NCBI GenBank assembly: GCA_052035175.1
Contig: JBPOHV010000001.1
Coordinates: forward strand, 297,569-361,568
DNA length: 64,000 nt
Direction of reading: 5' to 3'
DNA from: a candidate division WWE3 bacterium
GTDB lineage: Bacteria > Patescibacteriota > WWE3 > UBA101185 > UBA10185
Under the pieces are notes generated by a model. That model saw only the letters and a program-made list of their open reading frames with translations, did not search any database and was not told the origin of the DNA. The translations under genes and the position numbers were made by a program. This document shows, in pieces, positions 18,398 through 27,871 of the stretch (positions are counted from its first letter, which is position 1; each line of letters opens with the position of its first letter).

Positions 18398-19418
18398 TGT
18401 TTTTGCAATAGCCTCTATTGTTTCTGTAATAACTTTTATTTTGTATATTCCTTTTATATCTATTTTATATAAATACAAAATGATTAAAGATGAAGAAACA
18501 GGACGACTTGGTATCGATGGTAAACCAACATCTATAATCCAACAACTACATGCACATAAAAAAGGTACTCCAATAGGCGGAGGAATCTTGATCTTAGTTT
18601 TGTCGACTATCTTCTTTTACTTTTTGTCGTTTCGTATGGATACCAACGATGGTCTTTTACAAAACAAGATATATTTATTATTAATAACTTTTGTTTTGTT
18701 TGGGTTGTTTGGGTTGTACGATGACTTGCGCAAAATTATTCCAAATAAATATTCTCGTAAACTGCATGTGAGTGCTAATGTACAACTTTTTATTCAACTT
18801 ATTTTGGCATCTTTTATAAGCTATGTAGGTGTATATATGATGCATGCACTTAGAGTCTCGATACCTATGTCAAATATTATTTTCAATGATTTTTTCACTT
18901 TTGTTTTAAGTACTTTTACCTTGGTATTTATTGCAAATGCTTACAATATTCTCGATGGTATCGATGGATTAGGCTCGGGTAGTTTGATAGTCACACTACT
19001 TGCTTTATCAGTTTTATTTGGATCTATAGGTGCAGAGGTGTTTCCTGAACAACTTATGATATGGATATTAATTGGGTCATTGCTTGGTTATCTTTATTAC
19101 AATGTTTATCCTGCTCGCGTATTCAATGGTGATGCTGGGACTTTTGGAGTTGGCGCTTTACTAGCAATGTTTTTACTTTTAAATGATCTGTTGTGGTTGG
19201 CTCCAATAATGTATTTTATTTATATAGTCGATGCATGTACTTCGTTGATACAGGGTTTATCAAAAAGATTTTTTAATAAAAAAGTTTTCTCAATCGCGCC
19301 GATACATCATGCATTTGAACTCAAAGGTTGGCCAGAAACCAAAGTCACTATGAGGTTCTGGATAGCTAATGCATTTTGTTCTTTAGTCGCTTTGGCTATA
19401 TATTTTATAGTTTATTAA
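18387..19418 (+). CDS. mraY: phospho-N-acetylmuramoyl-pentapeptide transferase
   Basis: HAHKKGTPIGGG and the NAYNILDGIDGL motifs in a polytopic membrane protein. Confidence 0.88.
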   Translation: MFPNVFAIASIVSVITFILYIPFISILYKYKMIKDEETGRLGIDGKPTSIIQQLHAHKKGTPIGGGILILVLSTIFFYFLSFRMDTNDGLLQNKIYLLLITFVLFGLFGLYDDLRKIIPNKYSRKLHVSANVQLFIQLILASFISYVGVYMMHALRVSIPMSNIIFNDFFTFVLSTFTLVFIANAYNILDGIDGLGSGSLIVTLLALSVLFGSIGAEVFPEQLMIWILIGSLLGYLYYNVYPARVFNGDAGTFGVGALLAMFLLLNDLLWLAPIMYFIYIVDACTSLIQGLSKRFFNKKVFSIAPIHHAFELKGWPETKVTMRFWIANAFCSLVALAIYFIVY

Positions 19419-19419
19419 T

Positions 19420-20172
19420 GTGCAACAAACAATTGGTAATTTACAAATAAATTATGAGTTTACTGGTGAAGGAGAAACTACTTTAGTTCTCTTACATGGT
19501 TGGGGAGGAAGCATAAAAAGCTTATATCCAATATATTCAACTTTATCAGAAGATTTACCTAGTTTAATTCTTGATTTACCAGGCTTTGGAAATAGTTCAG
19601 CTCCGAGTACTGCGTGGGATTTGGATGACTATGTTAAGTGTTTGCACGATTTATTTATAGAGTTACATATAAAAAAAGTAATTTTACTTGGACACTCTTT
19701 TGGTGGAGCATTGTCTTTGAATTTTGCTATTAAATATCCTGAGATGGTATCAAGACTTGTCGTATGTGCACCATCATATAATCGCTCTGGACGCCAATCT
19801 ATAAAAGTAAATATCTCGAATCAATTTTCATTTTATTCAAAAATAAAGCCGTATCTGAAATTACCCCGAAAGCTTTTGTATAAAGTGTTTGTCCCAGATT
19901 CTGATTTATTTAAAGCACAACATTTAGAACCAACTTTTCTTAAAGTAACTAGACACGATTTAACTCCGTATGTTTCTAGTATCAAAGCTCCTACATTAAT
20001 TATGTGGGGGACAAAAGATAAAGATGTTCCTGTACAACATGCTTATATGTTAGATGAGCTCTTACCAACATCAAAGTTGATAATCTTTGAAAATCAAACT
20101 CATGGTTTTCCTTTGTTTAATCCTGATGAGGTATCGATACAAGTACAAAGTTTCTTATCTGATTTAAAATGA
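19420..20172 (+). CDS. alpha/beta-fold hydrolase
   Basis: LVLLHGWGGS and the GHSFGG nucleophile elbow. Confidence 0.7.
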   Translation: MQQTIGNLQINYEFTGEGETTLVLLHGWGGSIKSLYPIYSTLSEDLPSLILDLPGFGNSSAPSTAWDLDDYVKCLHDLFIELHIKKVILLGHSFGGALSLNFAIKYPEMVSRLVVCAPSYNRSGRQSIKVNISNQFSFYSKIKPYLKLPRKLLYKVFVPDSDLFKAQHLEPTFLKVTRHDLTPYVSSIKAPTLIMWGTKDKDVPVQHAYMLDELLPTSKLIIFENQTHGFPLFNPDEVSIQVQSFLSDLK

Positions 20173-21593
20173 TTAATTTATTAGCTCTTTGTATATATTT
20201 ATATCTTTCACTTTTTACTTTGTATTATTTTCAAATCAAAGAATATAGGTTTGATCGCTTTATTTCTTATGTAAAAGAAAAAGGTTTGGTGTGGATGTTT
20301 TTTCAAAATAAATTTGTTTTCCCTTCGCGTAGTCAAAGGAATATACTTATCATTTTATTTAGTTACACACTTTTTGTTGTTTCATTTAATTTGTTTACAA
20401 TTCCATTACTATTATTATTTTGGGTAACAGCTGTATCAATTGTGTCGATTTACCTTGGGGTTTTAATTACGCAACCGTTGTCAAAATTTATTCGCCAAAA
20501 GACTGTAAGTGCTGCGATTGCCAAACTGAGTAAGCATAATGTGCAAGTTATAGTTATCACTGGTTCATTTGGCAAGTCTAGCGTTAAAGAATATTTATAC
20601 GAAATTTTATCAAAGCAATTTAATGTAGCTAAAACTGATAAAAATCAAAATACTGATGTAGGTGTTGCGCTGGGAGTTTTGAACAATATAAAGGATGACA
20701 CGCAATATTTTATTGCAGAGGTTGGTGCTTACACAAAAGGTGAAATAGCCAGCGTAGTGTCGTGGCTCAAGCCTTCGTATGCAATACTTACTGGAATAGG
20801 GAACCAGCATTTAGATTTATTTGGTTCTAAAGAAAATTTAATTAATGCAAAGCTCGAGATAGCTGCTACTTTATCAAGTGATGCACCATTTTATATAAAC
20901 GCAGATACAATAGCACCTTCTGATATTAAGAGTAGACTCAATCATGAAAACATAATCTCATATTCTATGTATAGTGCATTAGCAAATATTTATTTTAGAT
21001 CTGTTACGAAAATAAAAGATCAGACTTATGATTGCATAGTTTTTTATTATCCGAACAATTCACATATGGAAGAAAACTTTGTTTATGAATTTCATACAAA
21101 TTTAACAAGTGAGCATATGCTATTAAATCTTTTACCTTGTATATCATTAGCAAGTGACTTGGGTATGTCTAAAGAACAAGTTGAAGCTGCAGTGTCTGAA
21201 TTACAGCCAATAGAAAATAAGCTCACAGTACATAAAGGAATAAACAACATTACCTTTATAAACGATTCGTACAATTCAAGTGTAGATGGGTTTAGCGCAG
21301 CAGTTAAATATTTGAGTACATTTGATCAACACGATAAGTTTGTTTTATCAAAAGGAATTATTGAGCTGGGTTCAGAAAAGCTACCTTCATACAAAAAATT
21401 GTTATCCCAACTCACAGATTCTAATATTGACTTGTATACAAATGACAAAGACTTTGGGAATCAAGAAAATGTTTGGTATTTCAAAAATGAATCTGACTTA
21501 TTAGAAATGATTAATAAATTACCTGCTGATTCTGTAGTATTAATAGAAGGCAGATTTACAAAAAAGTTTATGAAAAGTATAGGATTGAATTAA
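20169..21593 (+). CDS. murF: MurF-like UDP-MurNAc-peptide D-Ala-D-Ala ligase with an N-terminal transmembrane region
   Basis: ITGSFGKSS P-loop at about residue 133. The usual soluble N-terminal domain is replaced by about 100 hydrophobic residues (3-4 predicted TM helices). Confidence 0.65.
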   Translation: MINLLALCIYLYLSLFTLYYFQIKEYRFDRFISYVKEKGLVWMFFQNKFVFPSRSQRNILIILFSYTLFVVSFNLFTIPLLLLFWVTAVSIVSIYLGVLITQPLSKFIRQKTVSAAIAKLSKHNVQVIVITGSFGKSSVKEYLYEILSKQFNVAKTDKNQNTDVGVALGVLNNIKDDTQYFIAEVGAYTKGEIASVVSWLKPSYAILTGIGNQHLDLFGSKENLINAKLEIAATLSSDAPFYINADTIAPSDIKSRLNHENIISYSMYSALANIYFRSVTKIKDQTYDCIVFYYPNNSHMEENFVYEFHTNLTSEHMLLNLLPCISLASDLGMSKEQVEAAVSELQPIENKLTVHKGINNITFINDSYNSSVDGFSAAVKYLSTFDQHDKFVLSKGIIELGSEKLPSYKKLLSQLTDSNIDLYTNDKDFGNQENVWYFKNESDLLEMINKLPADSVVLIEGRFTKKFMKSIGLN

Positions 21594-22828
21594 TGCCAAA
21601 GCTTATTTATACATCGTATTCACCAAATACTAGAGCAAAAGATATATTAATGAATATCTTAATCTTACTTTCTCCTTGGTTTTGGTACAAAGGCAGATAT
21701 ATTGAAATGATTACATCTATTTTTGAAAAAAGATTTCACAACTCACATTTATATACTTTTAATTATGCGCGATCTGGTATGTATATTTTATTCAAATCGC
21801 TAAACCTTACGTCAATAGATGAAGTTATAGTTCAAGGCTTTACTTGTATAGCAGCTGTCAATCCTATTATTTGTTCTGGTGCAAAAATTATTTATTGTGA
21901 TATAGATGAAGATACGTGTAATCTTGATATTTCAGATTTAAAAAACAAGATAACTGCGAATACAAAAGTTATTATGTTTCAACATACTTTTGGTAATTCC
22001 ACAGGTATCGCGCAAGTTAAAGAATTGTGTATAGAAAGAAATATTTTGTTAATTGAAGATTGTACTAACACTATCTTTGGTAAATCTGGCAATGCATACA
22101 TAGGTAGTTTTGGTGATGCTTCTATTTTTAGTTTTGGCCGTGATAAGGCAGTCTCAGGCGTAGATGGTGGGTTGATACTTTTAAACAACAAAAGCTTAAT
22201 CCAAGATTTTGAGACTTTGTATGCAGATCTACCGTATCCAACAGTTGGCTGGTTGATAAAAGAACTGTTTTATCCATTAATATGGGCATTAATAAAAGCA
22301 ACATATACAATTGGGCTTGGGAAACTAATTCATATAGTTGCTACAAAATTGCATCTTATAACAAAGGCTACAAGTGATTTAGAAAAGTCTGGGTTTATGT
22401 CTTCTGACATGCCTAGATTATTACCAAATGCACTAGCTTGTCTCGCATACACGCAGTTGCAAGATATAAACACTATCAATGAACATAGGGCTAAAATTAA
22501 TGACTTTTATAAACACGAACTCGCAGGTGTGCAATCGGTTGTGTACGAAGCTGAAAACATTCTATTGCGGTATCCATTGTTTGTGAAAAATAAAGCAGAG
22601 TCACTAAAGTTTTTACGCAAAAATAATTTACAGCATTTTGGTGATTGGTATGACAAGCCAATCACGCCAATAAATGTCGAATTTGCAAAGATTGGTTATA
22701 CATTAGGAAGCTGTAAAACTAGTGAAGACGTCTGTACTAGAATTATTAATTTGCCCAATCATATTAATATTTCGTTGACTGATGCAAAGCTAATTGTTGG
22801 TTATATTAAAAGTGCATATGGAATATAA
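21593..22828 (+). CDS. DegT/DnrJ/EryC1/StrS-family PLP-dependent aminotransferase
   Basis: SFGRDKAVSGVDGGLILLN matches the SF.PTKNLGA.GDGGAI lysine motif. Confidence 0.7.
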   Translation: MPKLIYTSYSPNTRAKDILMNILILLSPWFWYKGRYIEMITSIFEKRFHNSHLYTFNYARSGMYILFKSLNLTSIDEVIVQGFTCIAAVNPIICSGAKIIYCDIDEDTCNLDISDLKNKITANTKVIMFQHTFGNSTGIAQVKELCIERNILLIEDCTNTIFGKSGNAYIGSFGDASIFSFGRDKAVSGVDGGLILLNNKSLIQDFETLYADLPYPTVGWLIKELFYPLIWALIKATYTIGLGKLIHIVATKLHLITKATSDLEKSGFMSSDMPRLLPNALACLAYTQLQDINTINEHRAKINDFYKHELAGVQSVVYEAENILLRYPLFVKNKAESLKFLRKNNLQHFGDWYDKPITPINVEFAKIGYTLGSCKTSEDVCTRIINLPNHINISLTDAKLIVGYIKSAYGI

Positions 22829-23840
22829 AATAATAGAAATTTTAGATAAACAAACTTGGGATACATACCTAAGCGAGTTTGAATACACCACGTTATTTTT
22901 GTCGTGGGAGTGGAGGCAGTTTGAAAATCAACAAAATCATAAATTTGAGAACTATGCAGTTTATGGGGATGAAACTTTTTTGGGTTTATTGCCTATAAAG
23001 TATGTAAATGCGCGACGAGGGAAATATTTGCATATCAGGCACGGCCCTTTATTAAAAGAATATACGCCAGATGTAATAAAATTTTTAACAGGTTGGCTTT
23101 ATAAGAAGTGCCAAGCTAGTGGTTCGAGTTTTTTTAGAGTTAGTCCTTTGATTTCAAATGATGCAGAGTTTGCACATGTGTTTGACCAACTAAATTATAA
23201 GCAAGCTCTAACACATTCAACAGACGCAGAATTGACTGCAGTAGTAGACCTTTTACTAACAGAAGACCAGCTTTTTTCTAATCTGAGAAAAACAACGCGC
23301 AATCTTGTTAGAAAAGCAGAAAAGTTAAATTTAATAGTTAAAGAAAGTAGTGATATGTCTCTATTTAACGATTTTGCGGTTGTATATACTGATACAGTGA
23401 CTAGGAATGGGTGGAATGCTTATTCAGTAAAGTATATTCGCGATGAGTGCGCAGTTTTTGCAAAAGCAAATGCTTTGACAATAATGATTTCTTATTTTGA
23501 AGATAAACCAATTTCAGGCGCAGTTTTTATACATAGCGGGAATCAAGTTATTTATCATCATGGGGGCTCTTTACGAGACTTTCGACACTTACCGGCTGCT
23601 TATTTATTACACTGGCATGCTATAAAGTTTTTTAAAAGCCTTGGTTTTGAGCTGTATAACTTTTGGGGTGTTTGTCCAATTGATGAGATTAAACATCCTT
23701 GGTTTAATTTATCTCTTTTCAAGCGTGGTTATAGCACGCATGAGTTGAAATTTTTGCACGCGCTAGATTATATTGTTTCGCCTATTGCTCATATCACACG
23801 GTTTTTTGAATTTGTAGAATCAAAAATTAGAGGGTACTAA
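22818..23840 (+). CDS. FemAB-family peptidyltransferase (peptidoglycan interpeptide bridge formation)
   Basis: Length and GNAT-like twin-domain pattern. Sits in a Mur/MraY neighbourhood. Confidence 0.55.
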   Translation: MEYKIIEILDKQTWDTYLSEFEYTTLFLSWEWRQFENQQNHKFENYAVYGDETFLGLLPIKYVNARRGKYLHIRHGPLLKEYTPDVIKFLTGWLYKKCQASGSSFFRVSPLISNDAEFAHVFDQLNYKQALTHSTDAELTAVVDLLLTEDQLFSNLRKTTRNLVRKAEKLNLIVKESSDMSLFNDFAVVYTDTVTRNGWNAYSVKYIRDECAVFAKANALTIMISYFEDKPISGAVFIHSGNQVIYHHGGSLRDFRHLPAAYLLHWHAIKFFKSLGFELYNFWGVCPIDEIKHPWFNLSLFKRGYSTHELKFLHALDYIVSPIAHITRFFEFVESKIRGY

Positions 23841-23862
23841 TGTTATTATTTAAGTTAAATTT

Positions 23863-24399
23863 ATGAAAACTTTTTTTGCAGATTTATTAGAAACACTAGC
23901 TTTTACATTTGTAGTTATCTTTTTGATATACAAATTTATAGCTATACCAGAACTTGTTTTGCAAAGTAGTATGTTTCCTACGATCTTTTCTGGGGAAAGA
24001 GTCCTTGTTGATAAGCTTTCGACGCATTTATATCCATATGAGCGTGGAGAGATTATTGTTTTAAATCCTCCAAATAATCAGTCAACAGATTACATAAAGA
24101 GAATTGTAGGTTTACCTGGTGATATCTTAAAAATTTACGATTGCAAAGTCTATATTTCTCGTGGCGGCAATAGATACATTGTTGAGGAAACTTATATCAC
24201 AGAGGACACATGTACTAATGGTGGAAACTATTTAAAAGAAGGAAGATCTTTGCGTTTGGAAGAAGACGAATATGTCGTTATGGGTGATAATCGTAGTAAT
24301 TCCACAGATTCTAGAAGCTTTGGTCCCGTTAAGAGAAATGCCATTGTTGGCAGAGTAATATACCGTTTTTGGCCAATTTCTCGTGCTGGTTTTATGTAG
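23863..24399 (+). CDS. lepB: signal peptidase I (P-type, Ser-Lys dyad)
   Basis: SSMFPTI (box B), YIKRIVGLPGD (box D) and GDNRSNSTDSR (box E). Confidence 0.88.
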   Translation: MKTFFADLLETLAFTFVVIFLIYKFIAIPELVLQSSMFPTIFSGERVLVDKLSTHLYPYERGEIIVLNPPNNQSTDYIKRIVGLPGDILKIYDCKVYISRGGNRYIVEETYITEDTCTNGGNYLKEGRSLRLEEDEYVVMGDNRSNSTDSRSFGPVKRNAIVGRVIYRFWPISRAGFM

Positions 24400-24472
24400 T
24401 TTGTGATACGATTATTTAGGAACCCAAAGTTATTGTGTTGACAGTAAAAAAACGATATGATAACCTACGGTT

Positions 24473-24501
24473 CGTTCACCTTATAACAGTGAACGTTTTC
24501 T
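24473..24501 (+). terminator. hairpin plus T-run between lepB and rpoB (terminator or attenuator)
   Basis: cgttcac-cttataaca-gtgaacg perfect 7-bp stem followed by ttttct. Confidence 0.45.
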
Positions 24502-24547
24502 AGTGCTAAATTTTGAATAAGTAAGTCGAATTTTGGAAATTAAATAA

Positions 24548-27500
24548 ATGCGCCATAGTTTTCACAAAAGAGATGTAGTCTTGCCCTTGCCAGATCTTAA
24601 AGGTGTTCAAACAAAATCGTTTGAATGGCTATTAGAAGAAGGCATACCAGAAATCCTAGAGGAATTAGGTCGTGTTGAAGATGCATCCGGCAGAGGCTGG
24701 ACTCTCACATTAACAAATCCACAAATTTTACAACCAAATAGAACTATTGAAGAAGCTTTACATACAGGTCAAACATACGATGTTCCTTGGTACTTAACCA
24801 GCACAATCGAAGATCCAATTTCTAAAAAATCTAAAGAACAATCTATATACATGGGTGATATACCTCTCATGACTGTTGACGGTACATTTATTATAAATGG
24901 AGCCGAAAGAGTAGTTATTAACCAATTAATAAGGTCTGAAGGCGTTTTGTTTACGCAAATAGTTTCGCCTGTAACAGGTCAACAATTGGCCGGTGCCAAG
25001 GTATTACCTCGTACAGGTGTATGGTTAGAAATAGAAACGTCACGTTCTGGCGTAATTACTGTAAAAATAGACCGAAAACGCAAAATGCCTATAACAGCAT
25101 TTTTGCGCATTTTTGGTTTGGAAACAGATGATGAAATAAGAGCAGCTTTTGCAGATGTCGAAAAGAATCCAGAAATCAATTATATAGAAAATACATTGGC
25201 TAAAGATTCTACTTCTAGCTACGACGAAGCTTGTATGGAAGTATTTAAAAAACAAAGACCAGGTGAACCATTGGTTTTGGAAAATGCACGTGCTTTGGTA
25301 GATCTTTTGTTCTTCAACATTAAACGTTATAGTTTGGGGCCAGTCGGAAGGTTCAGACTAAATCAAGTTTTGGGCCTAAACTTTCCAAATGATCCTAAAC
25401 ACAGATTGCTCCAATTAGAAGATTTAATTAAAATAGTTTCACGCGTTATTGAATTAAACAATGGTATTGGCGAAGCAAGTGATGTAGACCATTTATCTTG
25501 CAGACGTGTAAAGAGCGTAGGTGAGCTATTACAATCACAAATCAGAATCGGCTTTTTAAGAATGGAACGCAATATCAAAGAAAGAATGACTCTTTCACCT
25601 AGAGATGAATTACCACAACCATCTTCTTTGATTTCACCTAGAGCAGTAGCTGCACAAATTCACAGCTTTTTTGCTACAGGGCAGTTATCTCAGTTCCACG
25701 ATCAACAAAACCCACATACAGCTTTGGACAATGTAAGAAGACTTACAGTTCAAGGTCCTGGTGGTTTAACTAAAGAAAGAGCAAGCATTGCAGTTCGTGA
25801 CGTTCATTATTCATATTTCGGTAGGATTTGTACTGTTCGTACTCCTGAAGGTCAAAGCATTGGTTTGATCAATTATTTGGCAATGTATGCTCGTGTTAAT
25901 GAGTATGGCTTTTTAGAAACCCCATACATCAAACTTGCGCATGACGAAAAAGGTGTAAAACTAACAGACGAGATAGTTTATCTTACAGCTTATGAAGAAG
26001 ATCAACACTTTATTACAGACCAATCTGTCAATATCGATGAGAACAATTACATAACTGAAAAACAAGTACCTTTGAGAAAAGCAACCAGCTTTATTTTGGG
26101 TGATGTTGCAAACGCTGATTATATAGAAGTCGTTCCAAGTCAGGTATTGGGTATTTCTGCTGGTCTTATTCCTTTTGTTCAAAATGATGACGTCGCTAGA
26201 GCTTTGATGGGTACACAACAAATTTCTCAAGCTGTACCATTGATCAGATCTGTAGCTCCAATAGTTGGTACTGGTATAGAAGCAGCAATAGCTAGAAATA
26301 CAAACGCTCTTACTTTGGCAGAAGATGACGGTACAGTTGAATACGCTGATGCAGAAACAGTAAAAGTTACATACAAAAACGGCAATAAAACAATATATAA
26401 AGTCGCTAAATTTAAAAAATCAAATGCAAAAACTTGTATAAATCAAAGAGTTACGGTCGTTTCTGGTCAAACTCTTAAAAAAGGCGATATTTTATTTGAA
26501 GGTCCTGCTGTATCTGGTGGTGAATTGTCACTTGGTACAAATATCAAAGCAGCATATATGATATACGACGGTCTTGAATTTGAAGACGGTATAGTCATTT
26601 CTGATAGATTGGTAAAAGAAGATATTCTCACATCTATTCATATAGACGATTACTCAGTGTCATTACAAGAAACTAAACTAGGTAGAGAAGAACTAACACG
26701 TGATATTCCAAACGTACCAGAAGAGACTTTGAGAAATCTAGATGAAGACGGTATAGTCGCTGTTGGTTCAAAAGTAAAATCCGGAGACATATTGGTAGGC
26801 AAAGTTGCTCCAAAAGGTGATCAAGATCTTACTGCTGAAGAAAGATTGTTAAGAGCTATTTTTGGTGAAAAAGCACAAGATATCAGAGATACTTCGTTAA
26901 AACTCCCACACGGAGAACACGGGGTAGTTATTGGTGTTAAACGCGTCACTCAGCAAGAAAGTGAAGCCCTCCCAACAGGTACTTTAGAAGAAATAACTGT
27001 TTATGTTGCTCAACAAAAGAAGATAGAAATTGGAGACAAATTGGCAGGCCGTCACGGAAACAAAGGTGTTATTTCAGCAATAGTTCCTTCTATTGATATG
27101 CCTGTTCTTCCAGATGGTTCACACGTAGATATTGTCTTTTCTTCAGAAGCTGCGTTACGCAGAATGAACGTAGGACAATTACTCGAAGCGTCACTTGGTT
27201 TATCTGGAAGTAAGCTAAACAAACAATATACTGTTCCTACACTACAAGAGATCCCAGAAGAACTTATTCAAAACGAATTGAAAGAAGCTGGACTTCCAAC
27301 TTCAGGTAAGATGAAATTGAAAGATGGTAGAACTGGCGATTACTTTAGCGACGAAATCGTTGTAGGTGATGTTTACATTTTGAAATTGATTCACTTAAGC
27401 GAAGAAAAGATGCATGCTCGTTCAACTGGACCATATTCTTTGATTACACAACAACCTTTGGGTGGTAAAGCTCAATTTGGCGGTCAGAGATTTGGAGAAA

Positions 27501-27868
27501 TGGAAGTTTGGGCTTTGGAAGCTTATGGTGCCAAACACATTTTACAAGAAATGTTGACTATTAAGTCTGACGATATGATTGGTAGAACTCAAGCTTATAG
27601 CGCCATGATTCAAGGCAAAGTTATACCTCAATCTACAGTACCTGAAACATTTAAATTGTTGGTAAGACAATTGAATGGTTTGGGATTGGGTCTCGACGTA
27701 ATCACAGAAGACGGTGTTAATGAAATAACAGAAGATGCACAAGAATTGTTGGAAGAAGTAATCGAGCCAGCAGAAGAAAAGCTAATGGAAAGTATTTCTA
27801 AAACAGATAAAGACATTTTAGATGACGTAAATGATTTCTTTTATGCCACAAGCGAGGAAAGTAAATAA
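24548..27868 (+). CDS. rpoB: DNA-directed RNA polymerase subunit beta
   Basis: 1106-aa reduced beta subunit with conserved regions including the GDKLAGRHGNKG catalytic segment. Confidence 0.95.
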   Translation: MRHSFHKRDVVLPLPDLKGVQTKSFEWLLEEGIPEILEELGRVEDASGRGWTLTLTNPQILQPNRTIEEALHTGQTYDVPWYLTSTIEDPISKKSKEQSIYMGDIPLMTVDGTFIINGAERVVINQLIRSEGVLFTQIVSPVTGQQLAGAKVLPRTGVWLEIETSRSGVITVKIDRKRKMPITAFLRIFGLETDDEIRAAFADVEKNPEINYIENTLAKDSTSSYDEACMEVFKKQRPGEPLVLENARALVDLLFFNIKRYSLGPVGRFRLNQVLGLNFPNDPKHRLLQLEDLIKIVSRVIELNNGIGEASDVDHLSCRRVKSVGELLQSQIRIGFLRMERNIKERMTLSPRDELPQPSSLISPRAVAAQIHSFFATGQLSQFHDQQNPHTALDNVRRLTVQGPGGLTKERASIAVRDVHYSYFGRICTVRTPEGQSIGLINYLAMYARVNEYGFLETPYIKLAHDEKGVKLTDEIVYLTAYEEDQHFITDQSVNIDENNYITEKQVPLRKATSFILGDVANADYIEVVPSQVLGISAGLIPFVQNDDVARALMGTQQISQAVPLIRSVAPIVGTGIEAAIARNTNALTLAEDDGTVEYADAETVKVTYKNGNKTIYKVAKFKKSNAKTCINQRVTVVSGQTLKKGDILFEGPAVSGGELSLGTNIKAAYMIYDGLEFEDGIVISDRLVKEDILTSIHIDDYSVSLQETKLGREELTRDIPNVPEETLRNLDEDGIVAVGSKVKSGDILVGKVAPKGDQDLTAEERLLRAIFGEKAQDIRDTSLKLPHGEHGVVIGVKRVTQQESEALPTGTLEEITVYVAQQKKIEIGDKLAGRHGNKGVISAIVPSIDMPVLPDGSHVDIVFSSEAALRRMNVGQLLEASLGLSGSKLNKQYTVPTLQEIPEELIQNELKEAGLPTSGKMKLKDGRTGDYFSDEIVVGDVYILKLIHLSEEKMHARSTGPYSLITQQPLGGKAQFGGQRFGEMEVWALEAYGAKHILQEMLTIKSDDMIGRTQAYSAMIQGKVIPQSTVPETFKLLVRQLNGLGLGLDVITEDGVNEITEDAQELLEEVIEPAEEKLMESISKTDKDILDDVNDFFYATSEESK

Positions 27869-27871
27869 TAT

